A DNA stretch of 26,915 bases. It comes from a virus (taxonomy: Duplodnaviria > Caudoviricetes). This document shows positions 8,633-17,024 of this stretch, piece by piece (position 1 is the first letter of the stretch; each line of letters opens with the position of its first letter). Below the pieces are notes generated by a model. The model made no database searches. It worked only from the letters and a program-made list of their open reading frames with translations, and was not told where the DNA came from. The stretch covers positions 1 through 26,915 of the IMG/VR virus record IMGVR_UViG_3300044769_000127. The stretch is one strand, 5' to 3'. A program made the translations under genes and the position numbers.

Positions 8633-9442
8633 CTAGTCCGTGAGGATCGCGGTACAGCGGCATCGCACATGGTCGGGTGGCATCAGCCGCCCATTGGAGA
8701 ACGGCTCATCCAATCCGACGGGGGCCTCGCCGGCCAGTTGCACGCAGCGGGGGCAGGCGGTGGGTGTCTCGGCGTGCCACACCTTGCGCTGGTCTGTAGG
8801 GAACGCGCCGGTCTGCTGGCCTTCTTTCCAGGTGCGCCACCGGCCCATGTTGCGGGCATCTTGCACCTCCCACCGTGCGATGTTCATGGCCCGGGCCCGC
8901 AGGAGCTTCTGGCCGTAGCGGCTACTCATCCGTTCGACCTGTGCGGCGGGGCGGGCCTGGTCGATGAGGCGGCGACGGTAGTTGACGACGGCGGTAGCCC
9001 ACCGTGGGTGTAGCCCGATGACGGCACGCACCTCGCCAGCCACGGCATCCATCGAGCGACCCTTGCCGATCCCATCGACGATGATGCCGCTGACCGCGGC
9101 GCGGGTCGAGTCGGTGACGGAAGTGATGAGCGCCGCCGAATGCTCATAGCCCCATGCCCGGGCGAGGGCAGTCGCGTCGAACGTGACCGTGACGCCTGCG
9201 GAGGTGGCCTCGATGGTCGACAGGTACTCGTCGATCAGTAGCGGCTCCCACCGGGCGAGCACCTGCCGCCACGCATCCCACGCGACGGCCTCCAACGCGA
9301 CGGTAGCTGAGCGTCCCGCTACAGCCTCCGTAAAGGGCCCCACCGCGAGGACAGCGGCGGCGGCGGCGGCGGTGAGCACGGCGGCCACGCGGCGCTCAGC
9401 GGCCGTTGGGGCATCGGGTAGCGGTTCGTCCCGGTCGGCCAT
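8633..9442 (-). CDS. Phage head morphogenesis protein (MuF / SPP1 gp7-like), ~269 aa
   Basis: 'RARAMNIARWE', 'RKVW', 'CPRC', 'PPDHVRCRC' are MuF-family hallmarks; ATG 9442 is 7 nt after TACCAT. Confidence 0.85.
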   Translation of the reverse strand: MADRDEPLPDAPTAAERRVAAVLTAAAAAAVLAVGPFTEAVAGRSATVALEAVAWDAWRQVLARWEPLLIDEYLSTIEATSAGVTVTFDATALARAWGYEHSAALITSVTDSTRAAVSGIIVDGIGKGRSMDAVAGEVRAVIGLHPRWATAVVNYRRRLIDQARPAAQVERMSSRYGQKLLRARAMNIARWEVQDARNMGRWRTWKEGQQTGAFPTDQRKVWHAETPTACPRCVQLAGEAPVGLDEPFSNGRLMPPDHVRCRCTAILTD

Positions 9443-9480
9443 CGCCGTGATGGTAGGCGGTGGGACCTGACCGGAGACGC

Positions 9481-9557
9481 GACGCACCCCCGGGGTGCGG
9501 GCCCCCAGGGGTGCGTCCCTTCGTCAACGGCAGGGGGAGAGGACCCTACCGTTGGCG
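9481..9557 (-). terminator. Two tandem GC-rich hairpins downstream of the LPETG gene (putative intrinsic terminator)
   Basis: GACGCACCCC (9481-9490) pairs with GGGGTGCGTC (9508-9517) and extends inward; second imperfect stem 9522-9557 spans the stop codon; no U-tract. Confidence 0.55.
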
Positions 9558-10295
9558 TGCCAATCGCCAGCCCCTGATCGGCTTCCGACCGCGGAGGATC
9601 AGGAGCGCCACTCCGGCGGCGAGCATGAGGACCGCCGCCCCGAGGGCGGGCCCCTCGTCTCGGCCAGTCTCCGGGAGCCGGTCCCCGGGAGGTACGGGCG
9701 GCGGACGGTTCGCCGGGGGCGGCGTCGGCCGCTTCGGGGTGCCGGGCGGCGCTCCTGGCGGGGCGGCCGGGATCGTCGGCGGCACCGCGGGCGGTGCAGC
9801 CGGTGTAGGCGTCGTGGGCGGCGTCACGGGGGTGTCACACCCGGTGCCGTTCTCAATCCAGGGGCCACCTATCAGGCCCCGGGCGTCACCCGGCGCGATG
9901 TAGACGGCCTTCACGTCGGCTTGCCCGTCGCGGCAAGGTGCGGAGTCCTGTAGCCGGATCGACAACCCGCCGGGCGGGATGATGCCGCTCGCTGAGTCCT
10001 GTGCGCCGCCGTCACCCGACTTGCCCTCATGGTGGCGGATGACCGTCGGTGTCGGGATCGGGCGGGGGGCGTCGAGGGTGATCGTCGCCGTGACGACCGC
10101 ACCAGTCGCGACGAGCAGCACCTTGAAGCGGGTACCGTCGATCGTGCGCCAAGGGATGGTGCACGTGTACGGCGTCGGCTGCGGGAGCGCCTTGTTCCCG
10201 CCGCAGTTCTTGGCGTGCGCCACCCCCTGCGCCCCGACGGGAACCCCCAGCAGGATCAGGAGGGCAGCGGGCCACATGGCCAGACGGCGGCTCAT
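9546..10295 (-). CDS. Secreted LPXTG cell-wall-anchored protein, 249 aa
   Basis: Signal peptide ending AHA; beta-rich domain with 4 Cys; Pro-rich linker; LPETG (9677-9663), hydrophobic helix, basic tail RGRKPIR. Confidence 0.82.
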   Translation of the reverse strand: MSRRLAMWPAALLILLGVPVGAQGVAHAKNCGGNKALPQPTPYTCTIPWRTIDGTRFKVLLVATGAVVTATITLDAPRPIPTPTVIRHHEGKSGDGGAQDSASGIIPPGGLSIRLQDSAPCRDGQADVKAVYIAPGDARGLIGGPWIENGTGCDTPVTPPTTPTPAAPPAVPPTIPAAPPGAPPGTPKRPTPPPANRPPPVPPGDRLPETGRDEGPALGAAVLMLAAGVALLILRGRKPIRGWRLARQR

Positions 10296-10675
10296 CGGGT
10301 GCCGTCCAGACTGCCCTGCTGCGGGTCGGCCGCCTTGCGGGTGCGGGGCGTCAACGAACGGACGATGGCCTGCCGCTCGTGGAGGGCCTGGCGTTCGCCG
10401 CGGACGATGCCGGTGGCGTGGTCCACTTCGGCCTTCGCCTTCGCGACGGTGGCCGCCTGCCGGGCCTTCGCTGCGGCGAGCGCATCGAGGGCGGCGTCGA
10501 GGCGGACCTGCTGCGCGTCGAGGTTGGTTTGCTCATCGGCCAGTAGCTCGGCCCGGGTCTTGACGGGCGGGGCGGCGGGCTGGTCGTCGCCGGGCACCTC
10601 GGTGACGGGATGCAACGGCTCCGGGGCGTTGAACGTGATGGGCCCGGTGGGCTCATTGGTGGTGGGGTCGGACAC
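10292..10675 (-). CDS. Hypothetical coiled-coil protein, ~127 aa (MSDPTTNEP...)
   Basis: AAAGGAGAG RBS before GTG 10675; heptad-like Ala/Leu/Gln helix; ATGA overlap with LPETG gene. Confidence 0.68.
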   Translation of the reverse strand: MSDPTTNEPTGPITFNAPEPLHPVTEVPGDDQPAAPPVKTRAELLADEQTNLDAQQVRLDAALDALAAAKARQAATVAKAKAEVDHATGIVRGERQALHERQAIVRSLTPRTRKAADPQQGSLDGTR

Positions 10676-10698
10676 TTTGCTCTCCTTTGGGGTTGGGG

Positions 10699-11094
10699 TC
10701 AATCTCCGTCGAGGACGGACCGGAGCCGGTTGGCTGGCCGTTCCTCTGGCGGTTGGTTGGCGACACTCGACAGCCAGTCGATGTCGGCGCGTTCGATGCG
10801 GACCAGCAGGCGGCGGATGCTGCGCTCACGCCAGCTTTGACGGGGACAGCGATCCCATATGACGCCGATCCGGGCGGCGATCGTCTCGTACGGGGAGCGG
10901 TAGTAGGCGGCGACGTACAGCAGCCGCACCTCACGGGCCGATATCGGCGGTGGGGCTTGCGGCTGGATGGGGGCCGGCCACGCGGCGAGCGGGCAGGCGT
11001 GGGCCTCGACAAGCGCGGCCTGAGCAGTCGCGGTCAGGCCGCGCTCACGGCTGAGGGTGGCGTTGCACGCCCCACAGGTGACGCTCGGCTCCAT
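10699..11094 (-). CDS. Hypothetical protein, possible HTH-like DNA binder, ~131 aa (MEPSVTCGAC...)
   Basis: ATG 7 nt after CACTAT; CxxC; 'ISAREVRLL....PYETIAARIGV' resembles a LuxR/sigma region-4 helix-turn-helix. Confidence 0.6.
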   Translation of the reverse strand: MEPSVTCGACNATLSRERGLTATAQAALVEAHACPLAAWPAPIQPQAPPPISAREVRLLYVAAYYRSPYETIAARIGVIWDRCPRQSWRERSIRRLLVRIERADIDWLSSVANQPPEERPANRLRSVLDGD

Positions 11095-11120
11095 GCCAGC
11101 CATAGTGGCATCCACCCGCG

Positions 11121-11798
11121 CTACTGGTCCCGGGGGCCGGTGGCGCACGCGTCGCACACCCGCTCATCCCAATGCTCATCGATGGCGAGGTCGAGCCCGT
11201 AGCGGCCACAGTTCCAGCAGGCCGGCCCGGCGGCGGCCTCCAACACGGAGAGCCGGTCGCGTTGCCGCTTGATGTTCCCCGACAGGTTCGACAGGTGGTA
11301 GGCGGGAAACGCGCCGCCCTTGCATTGCCAGGCGGCCACCCGCAGCACACCCGCCAACGCTTCCCGCTGCGCCTCATCGAGCAGAGTGGCATCGGGGGCA
11401 CCCTTGCGGCATGTGGCGTTGTACGCCTTCACCCGGGCCCGTTCGGCTTCCAGGGTGGCGAGCCGGTCGCGTAGCTGGTCGATGGCGTCCGGGTCGTCGC
11501 TGTAGATGGCCCGGGCGGCGGCCTGCTCGATGTTGGCGGCGGTGGCGTTCATGCGGTCAGCGGTGCGAGCATGTTCGACGCCCCGGTCCATCGCGCCGGC
11601 GATCCGGGCCCGGTAGCGGCGGTCCCGCCCGTAGCTGTAGTGGTCCGACAGCATCGGCTGACCGAGTGGGATGACGGAGGCCATCGCGCCGGCCTGGTCG
11701 TAGGCGGCTTGCGCTTTGACTTCCCGCTTGGCGGCCCATTCCCGGAGGCGGGCAGCGCGGGCCTCGCGACGTTCGCGGGTGGTGCGCTCACCGGTCAT
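11121..11798 (-). CDS. DUF3560-family protein with C-terminal zinc ribbon, ~225 aa
   Basis: 'IPLGQPMLSDHYS', 'IYSDDPDAIDQLRDRLATLE', 'YHLSNLSGNIKR' match DUF3560; tail CWNC...CDAC; ATGA start. Confidence 0.82.
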   Translation of the reverse strand: MTGERTTRERREARAARLREWAAKREVKAQAAYDQAGAMASVIPLGQPMLSDHYSYGRDRRYRARIAGAMDRGVEHARTADRMNATAANIEQAAARAIYSDDPDAIDQLRDRLATLEAERARVKAYNATCRKGAPDATLLDEAQREALAGVLRVAAWQCKGGAFPAYHLSNLSGNIKRQRDRLSVLEAAAGPACWNCGRYGLDLAIDEHWDERVCDACATGPRDQ

Positions 11799-11968
11799 CG
11801 GATCAGCCCCCTGGCGTGCCTGTCGCGGTGGACGTCGGCCACGATCCGCAGGTGCGGCGCTCGCGAGTGGTCGGCCGGTTCGCTCACCCATGCCCGGCAG
11901 GCTGCACACCACACCCGGTACTGGACGACGGGCTCCACCCGAACGTCGCTGTAGGTGAAGTCAGCCAT
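11795..11968 (-). CDS. Hypothetical protein, 57 aa (MADFTYSD...)
   Basis: CxxC...H...H motif; overlaps both neighbours in coupled fashion. Confidence 0.6.
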   Translation of the reverse strand: MADFTYSDVRVEPVVQYRVWCAACRAWVSEPADHSRAPHLRIVADVHRDRHARGLIR

Positions 11969-12251
11969 CGTCGTGGCCGTGGTCGCTGGCCTCGCGCCCG
12001 TCGATGACGAGCGGGTAGCGGGTTGACATTGGGGGCATCGGCGGGATGGGGGCCACCTCGTCGTCACGGACCACGATGGCAGCGGTGCCGCCCAACGGGT
12101 GCCGCACCTCGGCGTAGCGCAGCTGCCCGATGCCGACGCCGAGACGGTCGATGCGGGTCCCGGCGGGGAACGTGACCGGGGGGCGTTGGGGGCCATCGAC
12201 GCCTTGCGTGATCGCGACGCGCAGGTAGTGGGTGCCGTAGGGGGCGGTCAT
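11961..12251 (-). CDS. Hypothetical beta-rich (SH3-like?) protein, 96 aa (MTAPYGTHY...)
   Basis: ATG 12251 overlaps TGA of the 31-aa leader ORF. Confidence 0.6.
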   Translation of the reverse strand: MTAPYGTHYLRVAITQGVDGPQRPPVTFPAGTRIDRLGVGIGQLRYAEVRHPLGGTAAIVVRDDEVAPIPPMPPMSTRYPLVIDGREASDHGHDDG

Positions 12252-12343
12252 GGCGTCAAGCTGCGGAGGGCCCGGCGGACGCTCATGGGGAGCGGCCGGG
12301 TGACGGGACGGGCGGCCGGCTTGCCTTTGGCGGTGGTGCTCAT
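12248..12343 (-). CDS. Small basic leader ORF, 31 aa (MSTTAKGKPAARPVTRPLPMSVRRALRSLTP); absent from ORF track
   Basis: ATG exactly 7 nt after TAGTGT -10; starts MSTT like other cassette-first genes; ends in ATGA overlap. Confidence 0.62.
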   Translation of the reverse strand: MSTTAKGKPAARPVTRPLPMSVRRALRSLTP

Positions 12344-12350
12344 GCCACAC

Positions 12351-12379
12351 ACACTAGCACCGCTGGGTTATGTGGGCAA
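12351..12379 (-). promoter_or_regulatory. Conserved leaderless promoter copy 2: TTGCCC-N17-TAGTGT-N7-ATG, overlapping the portal stop codon
   Basis: 17-bp identity (12354-12370) with 8228-8244; portal TAA (12370-12368) lies in the spacer. Confidence 0.8.
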
Positions 12380-13810
12380 CCCTTCGTCCGTGTCGTCGTC
12401 CTGCTGGCCGCCGCCGGGGCCGCCAGCTGCACCCGACGCGCCAGACGATCCGCCCTCATCGACGGCGGCAGCATCGGGGGCGGGCAGGTCGGCGCGGCGC
12501 ATCAGTTCGGCGGTCAGCCGCTCATCCGGGAACAGGATCGCGCCGGCCCCCGACACATCGGTCAGGAACTTGCCCAACGTCTCCAAGTCGATGGCCTTCA
12601 CTTCGCCGTGCGTCAAGGTGGGGCACAGGGCCCGTTCCGTGATGCCGTTCAGGCGGCACAGGGTGGGGATGGCCCGGTCGTTGAACTGCGCCGCGATCGA
12701 ATCGACCCATGCCTCTAGCCCTGCGGTGAACAGGTCGACCTTTGTGCCGGCAAGGTTGACGCCGATGCCGCCGCCGACGCCCTCGTGTCCGAGGATGATG
12801 AAATCCGCGAGGGTGGTCATGGCGATGCGCTGGTCGTAGCGGCTGATGATCTTGTCGGTGTCGAACTGACGGGTGCCGCCCGATGTCAGGAGAGCGAACC
12901 CGTAGCGGTTGTTTCCGTTCGCGTCGAACGATGAGGGCCACAGCAGCCCGTCGGTTTCGTTGCGGCGCACCAGCCGCACCGTGCGTCTGATGTTCGCGAT
13001 GGTTACCCGGTCGGCGTCGGTTGCGCCGGTGCCCAGCATCGACTCGGGGACGGTCGCCATCGGGAGCCCGGCAAGGTCACGCTCCACCCCGATGGCTTCG
13101 TATTCCTCGATGCGCCGCTTGAAGAACCACGGCCGATACGCGGAGCGGAGAAGCGAGCGGCCCTCCGGGTTCCCGCGGCGGGCCGTCGTCCGGAAATGCA
13201 ACGACTTGGCGAGCGGGATATCGGCCATCCCGCCGGTTTCCTCAAGGTACTGGCGCATCCCCAGGAGGGTCCGGTTGTCGGCCGGGTCGTAGATCCATTC
13301 GGACAGCGATGTCTGCGCCCGGCTAGCTATCGACTGCCACCCCCACCACCCGTCATCGTAGATCGAGGTGGCCACCTTCGCCCCGGGGCGTTGCTCGCCG
13401 CGCCGCCGCTTGTATGTCACCTCGGACCACGCCCACCCGTACGGCAACATCTCCAACGCTTCGCTGATCACGTCAGGCCAGGTGCGGTCCATATCGTGGA
13501 GGCAGGAGCCCACCTGGTCACCGATCGCGACGGCCCGTGCTGACGGGTCGTTGTCGGGGCCCTGATCGCGGGCAGGTTCGACCGCCCATTCGATCTGGCG
13601 GATGGAGAGCTCCACCGCCAGGAGCATCGCCCCGATGACCGGATCGTTCTCCGACATCTCCCGGATGACGCGCCGGCCGGCGTCGCCCTGTAGCTCCGGG
13701 AGGAACTCTTCGACGATGACACCGCCGTACCGGTGGAGCCCTTCGGTGCCGATTGGTTCCGTCGGGTTGAACGCTGCCATCCCGGCGGCAGTCGTCCCGA
13801 TGTCGCTCAC
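12368..13810 (-). CDS. Portal protein (Mu gp29/DUF935-like), 480 aa
   Basis: 'EEFLPELQG', 'MLPYGWAWSEVTYK', 'GNPEGRSLLRSAYRPW', 'EAIGVERDLAGLP', 'IISRYDQRIA'; size and position upstream of MuF. Confidence 0.9.
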   Translation of the reverse strand: MSDIGTTAAGMAAFNPTEPIGTEGLHRYGGVIVEEFLPELQGDAGRRVIREMSENDPVIGAMLLAVELSIRQIEWAVEPARDQGPDNDPSARAVAIGDQVGSCLHDMDRTWPDVISEALEMLPYGWAWSEVTYKRRRGEQRPGAKVATSIYDDGWWGWQSIASRAQTSLSEWIYDPADNRTLLGMRQYLEETGGMADIPLAKSLHFRTTARRGNPEGRSLLRSAYRPWFFKRRIEEYEAIGVERDLAGLPMATVPESMLGTGATDADRVTIANIRRTVRLVRRNETDGLLWPSSFDANGNNRYGFALLTSGGTRQFDTDKIISRYDQRIAMTTLADFIILGHEGVGGGIGVNLAGTKVDLFTAGLEAWVDSIAAQFNDRAIPTLCRLNGITERALCPTLTHGEVKAIDLETLGKFLTDVSGAGAILFPDERLTAELMRRADLPAPDAAAVDEGGSSGASGAAGGPGGGQQDDDTDEGLPT

Positions 13811-13823
13811 GGCGTGGAGTCTG

Positions 13824-14318
13824 TCATGGTGCGCTCGCCGGAGGCGCGCTAGAGCAGATTTCTACGGACTTGGCGCGGGCCTCGACGGCGCGCCGTATGT
13901 CGGCGGCATGGTCGCGGGCCTCCAACGCGAGGGCGGCCAGTGTGGCCGGATTGACCCGGCCCACGTCTGCGATGGCGGCCAAGCCCCGCAGGATCACGTC
14001 CTCGGCTTCGGCGCTTGCCGTGTCCAAGTCTCCGGCGATGATCGACCGGCAGCCAAGCTCGGCGTCGAGTAGCGATACCCGGTCCCGGAGCCGGTCGATG
14101 GTGGCCTGTAGCTCATGGACCTGTTCACCGCGTGCACGTGAGGTTTGTAGCTGCGCGACTTGGGAGAGGATCACGGCGACCGCCCCGCACAACACGGCGA
14201 GCTTCAGTAGGCCCCGCCCGCTGCGCGGCGACCGTGCCGGCTTCGGTTTGCCGTTGCCGTTGGGGGCCAACGCGGCGTCCACCTCGGCTTGTGTCACGCG
14301 CCCCAGGTCGTCTGTCAC
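13824..14318 (-). CDS. Single-pass membrane protein with coiled coil, 164 aa
   Basis: TM 'LLKLAVLCGAVAVIL' then coiled coil with two Cys; GTGA overlap and GGGAGGGAG RBS. Confidence 0.72.
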   Translation of the reverse strand: MTDDLGRVTQAEVDAALAPNGNGKPKPARSPRSGRGLLKLAVLCGAVAVILSQVAQLQTSRARGEQVHELQATIDRLRDRVSLLDAELGCRSIIAGDLDTASAEAEDVILRGLAAIADVGRVNPATLAALALEARDHAADIRRAVEARAKSVEICSSAPPASAP

Positions 14319-14833
14319 CCGTCGTCTCCCTCCCTGACCGCCGGGTGCGGACCGGTCGGGTCACGCTGGATGATGGCGTTCACGTCCCTGCTCAATAGCT
14401 CGACCTTCGTGTTGAGCGTAGCCTTGTGTTCCTCGCATTCGTGGATGCGTGCCGCCAGCCGTTCCGTCTCGCCGCGGGCGGTGTCCAGTTCGGTGCGGAG
14501 CGCCGCGATGCGTTCGGCTTGCTGCCCGTTGGCGGTCCGCAGCAGGTCGTTGAGGCCACGTTGCGCCTCCACGACGGCCTGTAGCTCATCGACGGTCACG
14601 GAGCGTTCCTGTAGGGCAGCGGCCCGGGCAGCCGAGAACGCCGCGGCCCGTTCAGCTGTCCGGGCCCGCAGGTAGCCGGCAACCGCAGCCACCCCAGCGA
14701 CCGCAGCAGCCGCCAACCCGTACCAGCCGCCCACCTGTGGCGGTGTCTCCACCTGCGCCCACACAGCGCCCCCCACCGCCGCCAGCCCGGCAGCCACGAC
14801 ACTCGCGGCGGCTAGCAGCGGGTGCGAATGCAT
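14315..14833 (-). CDS. Membrane protein (2 hydrophobic helices) with cytoplasmic-type coiled coil, ~172 aa (MHSHPLLAAA...)
   Basis: ATG 14833 is 8 nt after TACCAT; the longer 356-aa ORF call overlaps two other genes and is not plausible. Confidence 0.7.
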   Translation of the reverse strand: MHSHPLLAAASVVAAGLAAVGGAVWAQVETPPQVGGWYGLAAAAVAGVAAVAGYLRARTAERAAAFSAARAAALQERSVTVDELQAVVEAQRGLNDLLRTANGQQAERIAALRTELDTARGETERLAARIHECEEHKATLNTKVELLSRDVNAIIQRDPTGPHPAVREGDDG

Positions 14834-14865
14834 GAGCCCGGATGGTAGGTGCCGGGCCCGGCCGG

Positions 14866-15123
14866 TCACTCGCCGTGGCGGCGTTTCCGGTACCGCTGTG
14901 ACCACCCACCGTAGACGGCGGCCACGAACGCGCCCGTCAGTGTGGCGAGCGCGACGGACGCCGCGCCGTGCCAGCCGCCACCCGCGAACCCGGCCACCGC
15001 CGCCGCCGGTGCGGTGGCGAGGATCAGGACGGCCGAGACGTGGGCACCGGCTGACGGCGGCGCGATGTCGCCCCGCTGCCGGTCGAGCCCACGGGCCTCG
15101 TCCCACTCGTCGCCGCGGGTCAC
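14866..15123 (-). CDS. Small two-TM membrane protein, 85 aa
   Basis: GTGA-coupled to translocase stop; two hydrophobic helices and basic tail. Confidence 0.65.
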   Translation of the reverse strand: MTRGDEWDEARGLDRQRGDIAPPSAGAHVSAVLILATAPAAAVAGFAGGGWHGAASVALATLTGAFVAAVYGGWSQRYRKRRHGE

Positions 15124-16985
15124 GCTGCCGCCCCCTCACGGACAGCGACAGCCCACAGGGTGCCGGCCTTGCGGAGCAGCCCGATCGTCTCCAACCGGGC
15201 CAGGGTCCGTTTCGCTGTCTTGTCGCTGGTGCCGGCCCGGCGGGCCGCCTGCGTCTGGGACAGGGGGCCATCCAGGAGCGCCCGGTAGATGGCTTCGGCG
15301 TAGGCCAGGCCGGTCCCTTCCAGCTGGCTGAGGATGGCTGCCGGCAGCAGGTCAGGGGCCCCCGGCGTGTCCGCACGTCCGTCACCCCCTATAGCCGCAC
15401 CGTGTTCGGCGTCCTGTACGTCCGGTCCAGGGGCAGGTCCAGGGCCTTCCGGGGTGCCAAGTCCAGGGCCGGGTCCAGGGGCGGGCATGGCGTACGGGAC
15501 AAGCTCCGTGGAGGTGGCGTCGATGGCGTCGGCGTGGGCCAACATCGAGTGCGGCGCAACATGGCGGCCTTCGGGGAGGGCGAGCGCGAACCGGTCAAAC
15601 TCGATGTCCTCCACCCACCAGGCCCGGGCCCGGGTCGGCACCTTGTCACCGGCCCGGCGGACGTAGCAGTGGCCGCCCTTCGCCAGATGTGAGCAGTCGT
15701 AGCCTTTGGCTGCCATCCCCTGCCCGAGCAGCAGATCGGATGCCTGATCCGAGTCGGTGGCGAGGGCGATCTTCGTGCCTAGGTTGCGGCGGGTGTTCAC
15801 ATCGAAGATGGAGTGCTGCGGCGACTGTGTGCCGACGATGAGCGTGATCCCCGCCCCGGACGATTCGGCGGCGAGGTGCTGTAGCCGCAGCTTCACCCGT
15901 TCGGTGCGGACAGCGTTGGCGGCCTCATCGATGACGACCACGATCTGTGGTCCTTCGCCGTGGGGGGAGCCCTCCGGGGCGGGCCTCCACTGGCCGGTGC
16001 GGTTGCCTTTGCGGCCCGTGTAGCGGGCCTCCATCGTGGCGTACAACCACTCGACGGCAGCCTCAGCCTCGGCTGCGGTCGTGGCGTAGATGAGGCAGGC
16101 GTGTTCCCACCGGGCGAAGTCAGCGCCCCGCTTCGCCGTATCAATAACGACAAGCCAGGCGTCCGGTGCGAAGGCGGCGTAGGCGCAAGCCATGTGCTGC
16201 ACGTGGGTCTTACCGGAGCGGGTCATGCCACCGACCAGCCAATGCTCCGCGATGAACCCGAGGTACAGCTGCCGGCCCGATTCGATCAGCCCGACGGACA
16301 TCGGGCGGACGATCCGGCAGTCAGCGGGTGGGGTGGGCCACGGGGTCGGCGGGGTCGCCAACGGGTCCGAGGTTTGGATATGGACGTGGGCGATCGACGC
16401 GTTCTGTGGGTCGGCTTTGATCGTGACCTTCGTCTTGCCGGTCCCCAGCAGCGACGCCATGGTGCCCTCCCTGTTCGCGAGGGCTTGCGCGTCGCCGGGC
16501 ACCGACACCTTCAAGTCGATGCCGTTGGCTGTGGCCTCCGGGTCGTCGATCAGTTTGGAGTCCTCCGGGAACCCGGTGGCGTGCGCGATCTTCGGCCAAT
16601 GGTTGCGGATCAGGAGGATGGCACGCCGATGCTCGACCTTCTGTTCGAACTCGGCCACCCACCGCCACCGATACCCGAAGCTGCGCCACCCGATGACGAC
16701 CGTGAGGAACAGGAGGCACGCCGCGGCGGGGAACGGCCCGGCGGCCGGCACCGATAGGGCTGCGGTCCCCACCCATGCCAGGGATAGCCCCACCGCCGAC
16801 AGGTACGGCCGGAACCGGTGCGACACGACATCGACGGCGAGCCCGGCGGCCGCGATGCCGACGAGCACGATCATGGTTTGCTGTAGCGGGGAGAGCCGCA
16901 GCCCGGCCGCGCCGGCGGCGGCTACTGCGGCGGCGGCAGCCCACCACGGGAGGGCATCGGGGCGGCGGCGGGGCTTGTCGGCCAT
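15120..16985 (-). CDS. FtsK/SpoIIIE-family DNA translocase, TraB-like, 621 aa
   Basis: N-terminal TM helices; Walker A GGMTRSGKT (16232-16206); Walker B VVVIDE; 'IVGTQSP' sensor; Pro/Gly linker; C-terminal winged HTH 'LSQTQAARRAGTSDKTAKRTLARLETIGLL'. Confidence 0.87.
   Translation of the reverse strand: MADKPRRRPDALPWWAAAAAVAAAGAAGLRLSPLQQTMIVLVGIAAAGLAVDVVSHRFRPYLSAVGLSLAWVGTAALSVPAAGPFPAAACLLFLTVVIGWRSFGYRWRWVAEFEQKVEHRRAILLIRNHWPKIAHATGFPEDSKLIDDPEATANGIDLKVSVPGDAQALANREGTMASLLGTGKTKVTIKADPQNASIAHVHIQTSDPLATPPTPWPTPPADCRIVRPMSVGLIESGRQLYLGFIAEHWLVGGMTRSGKTHVQHMACAYAAFAPDAWLVVIDTAKRGADFARWEHACLIYATTAAEAEAAVEWLYATMEARYTGRKGNRTGQWRPAPEGSPHGEGPQIVVVIDEAANAVRTERVKLRLQHLAAESSGAGITLIVGTQSPQHSIFDVNTRRNLGTKIALATDSDQASDLLLGQGMAAKGYDCSHLAKGGHCYVRRAGDKVPTRARAWWVEDIEFDRFALALPEGRHVAPHSMLAHADAIDATSTELVPYAMPAPGPGPGLGTPEGPGPAPGPDVQDAEHGAAIGGDGRADTPGAPDLLPAAILSQLEGTGLAYAEAIYRALLDGPLSQTQAARRAGTSDKTAKRTLARLETIGLLRKAGTLWAVAVREGAAA
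15425..15480. repeat. Four exact 8-bp direct repeats GTCCAGGG (CCCTGGAC on coding strand) at 15425, 15437, 15461, 15473
   Basis: Read directly; 12/24/12 spacing; inside the translocase linker. Confidence 0.85.
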
Positions 16986-17024
16986 GACGCGAGGGTACGC
17001 GGCGGGTGCGCTACCGGGGCGGGG

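Noticed and set aside
14834-15385. N-terminal extension of the 356-aa ORF
   Set aside because: Overlaps the translocase and the 85-aa membrane gene in another frame; low-complexity translation.
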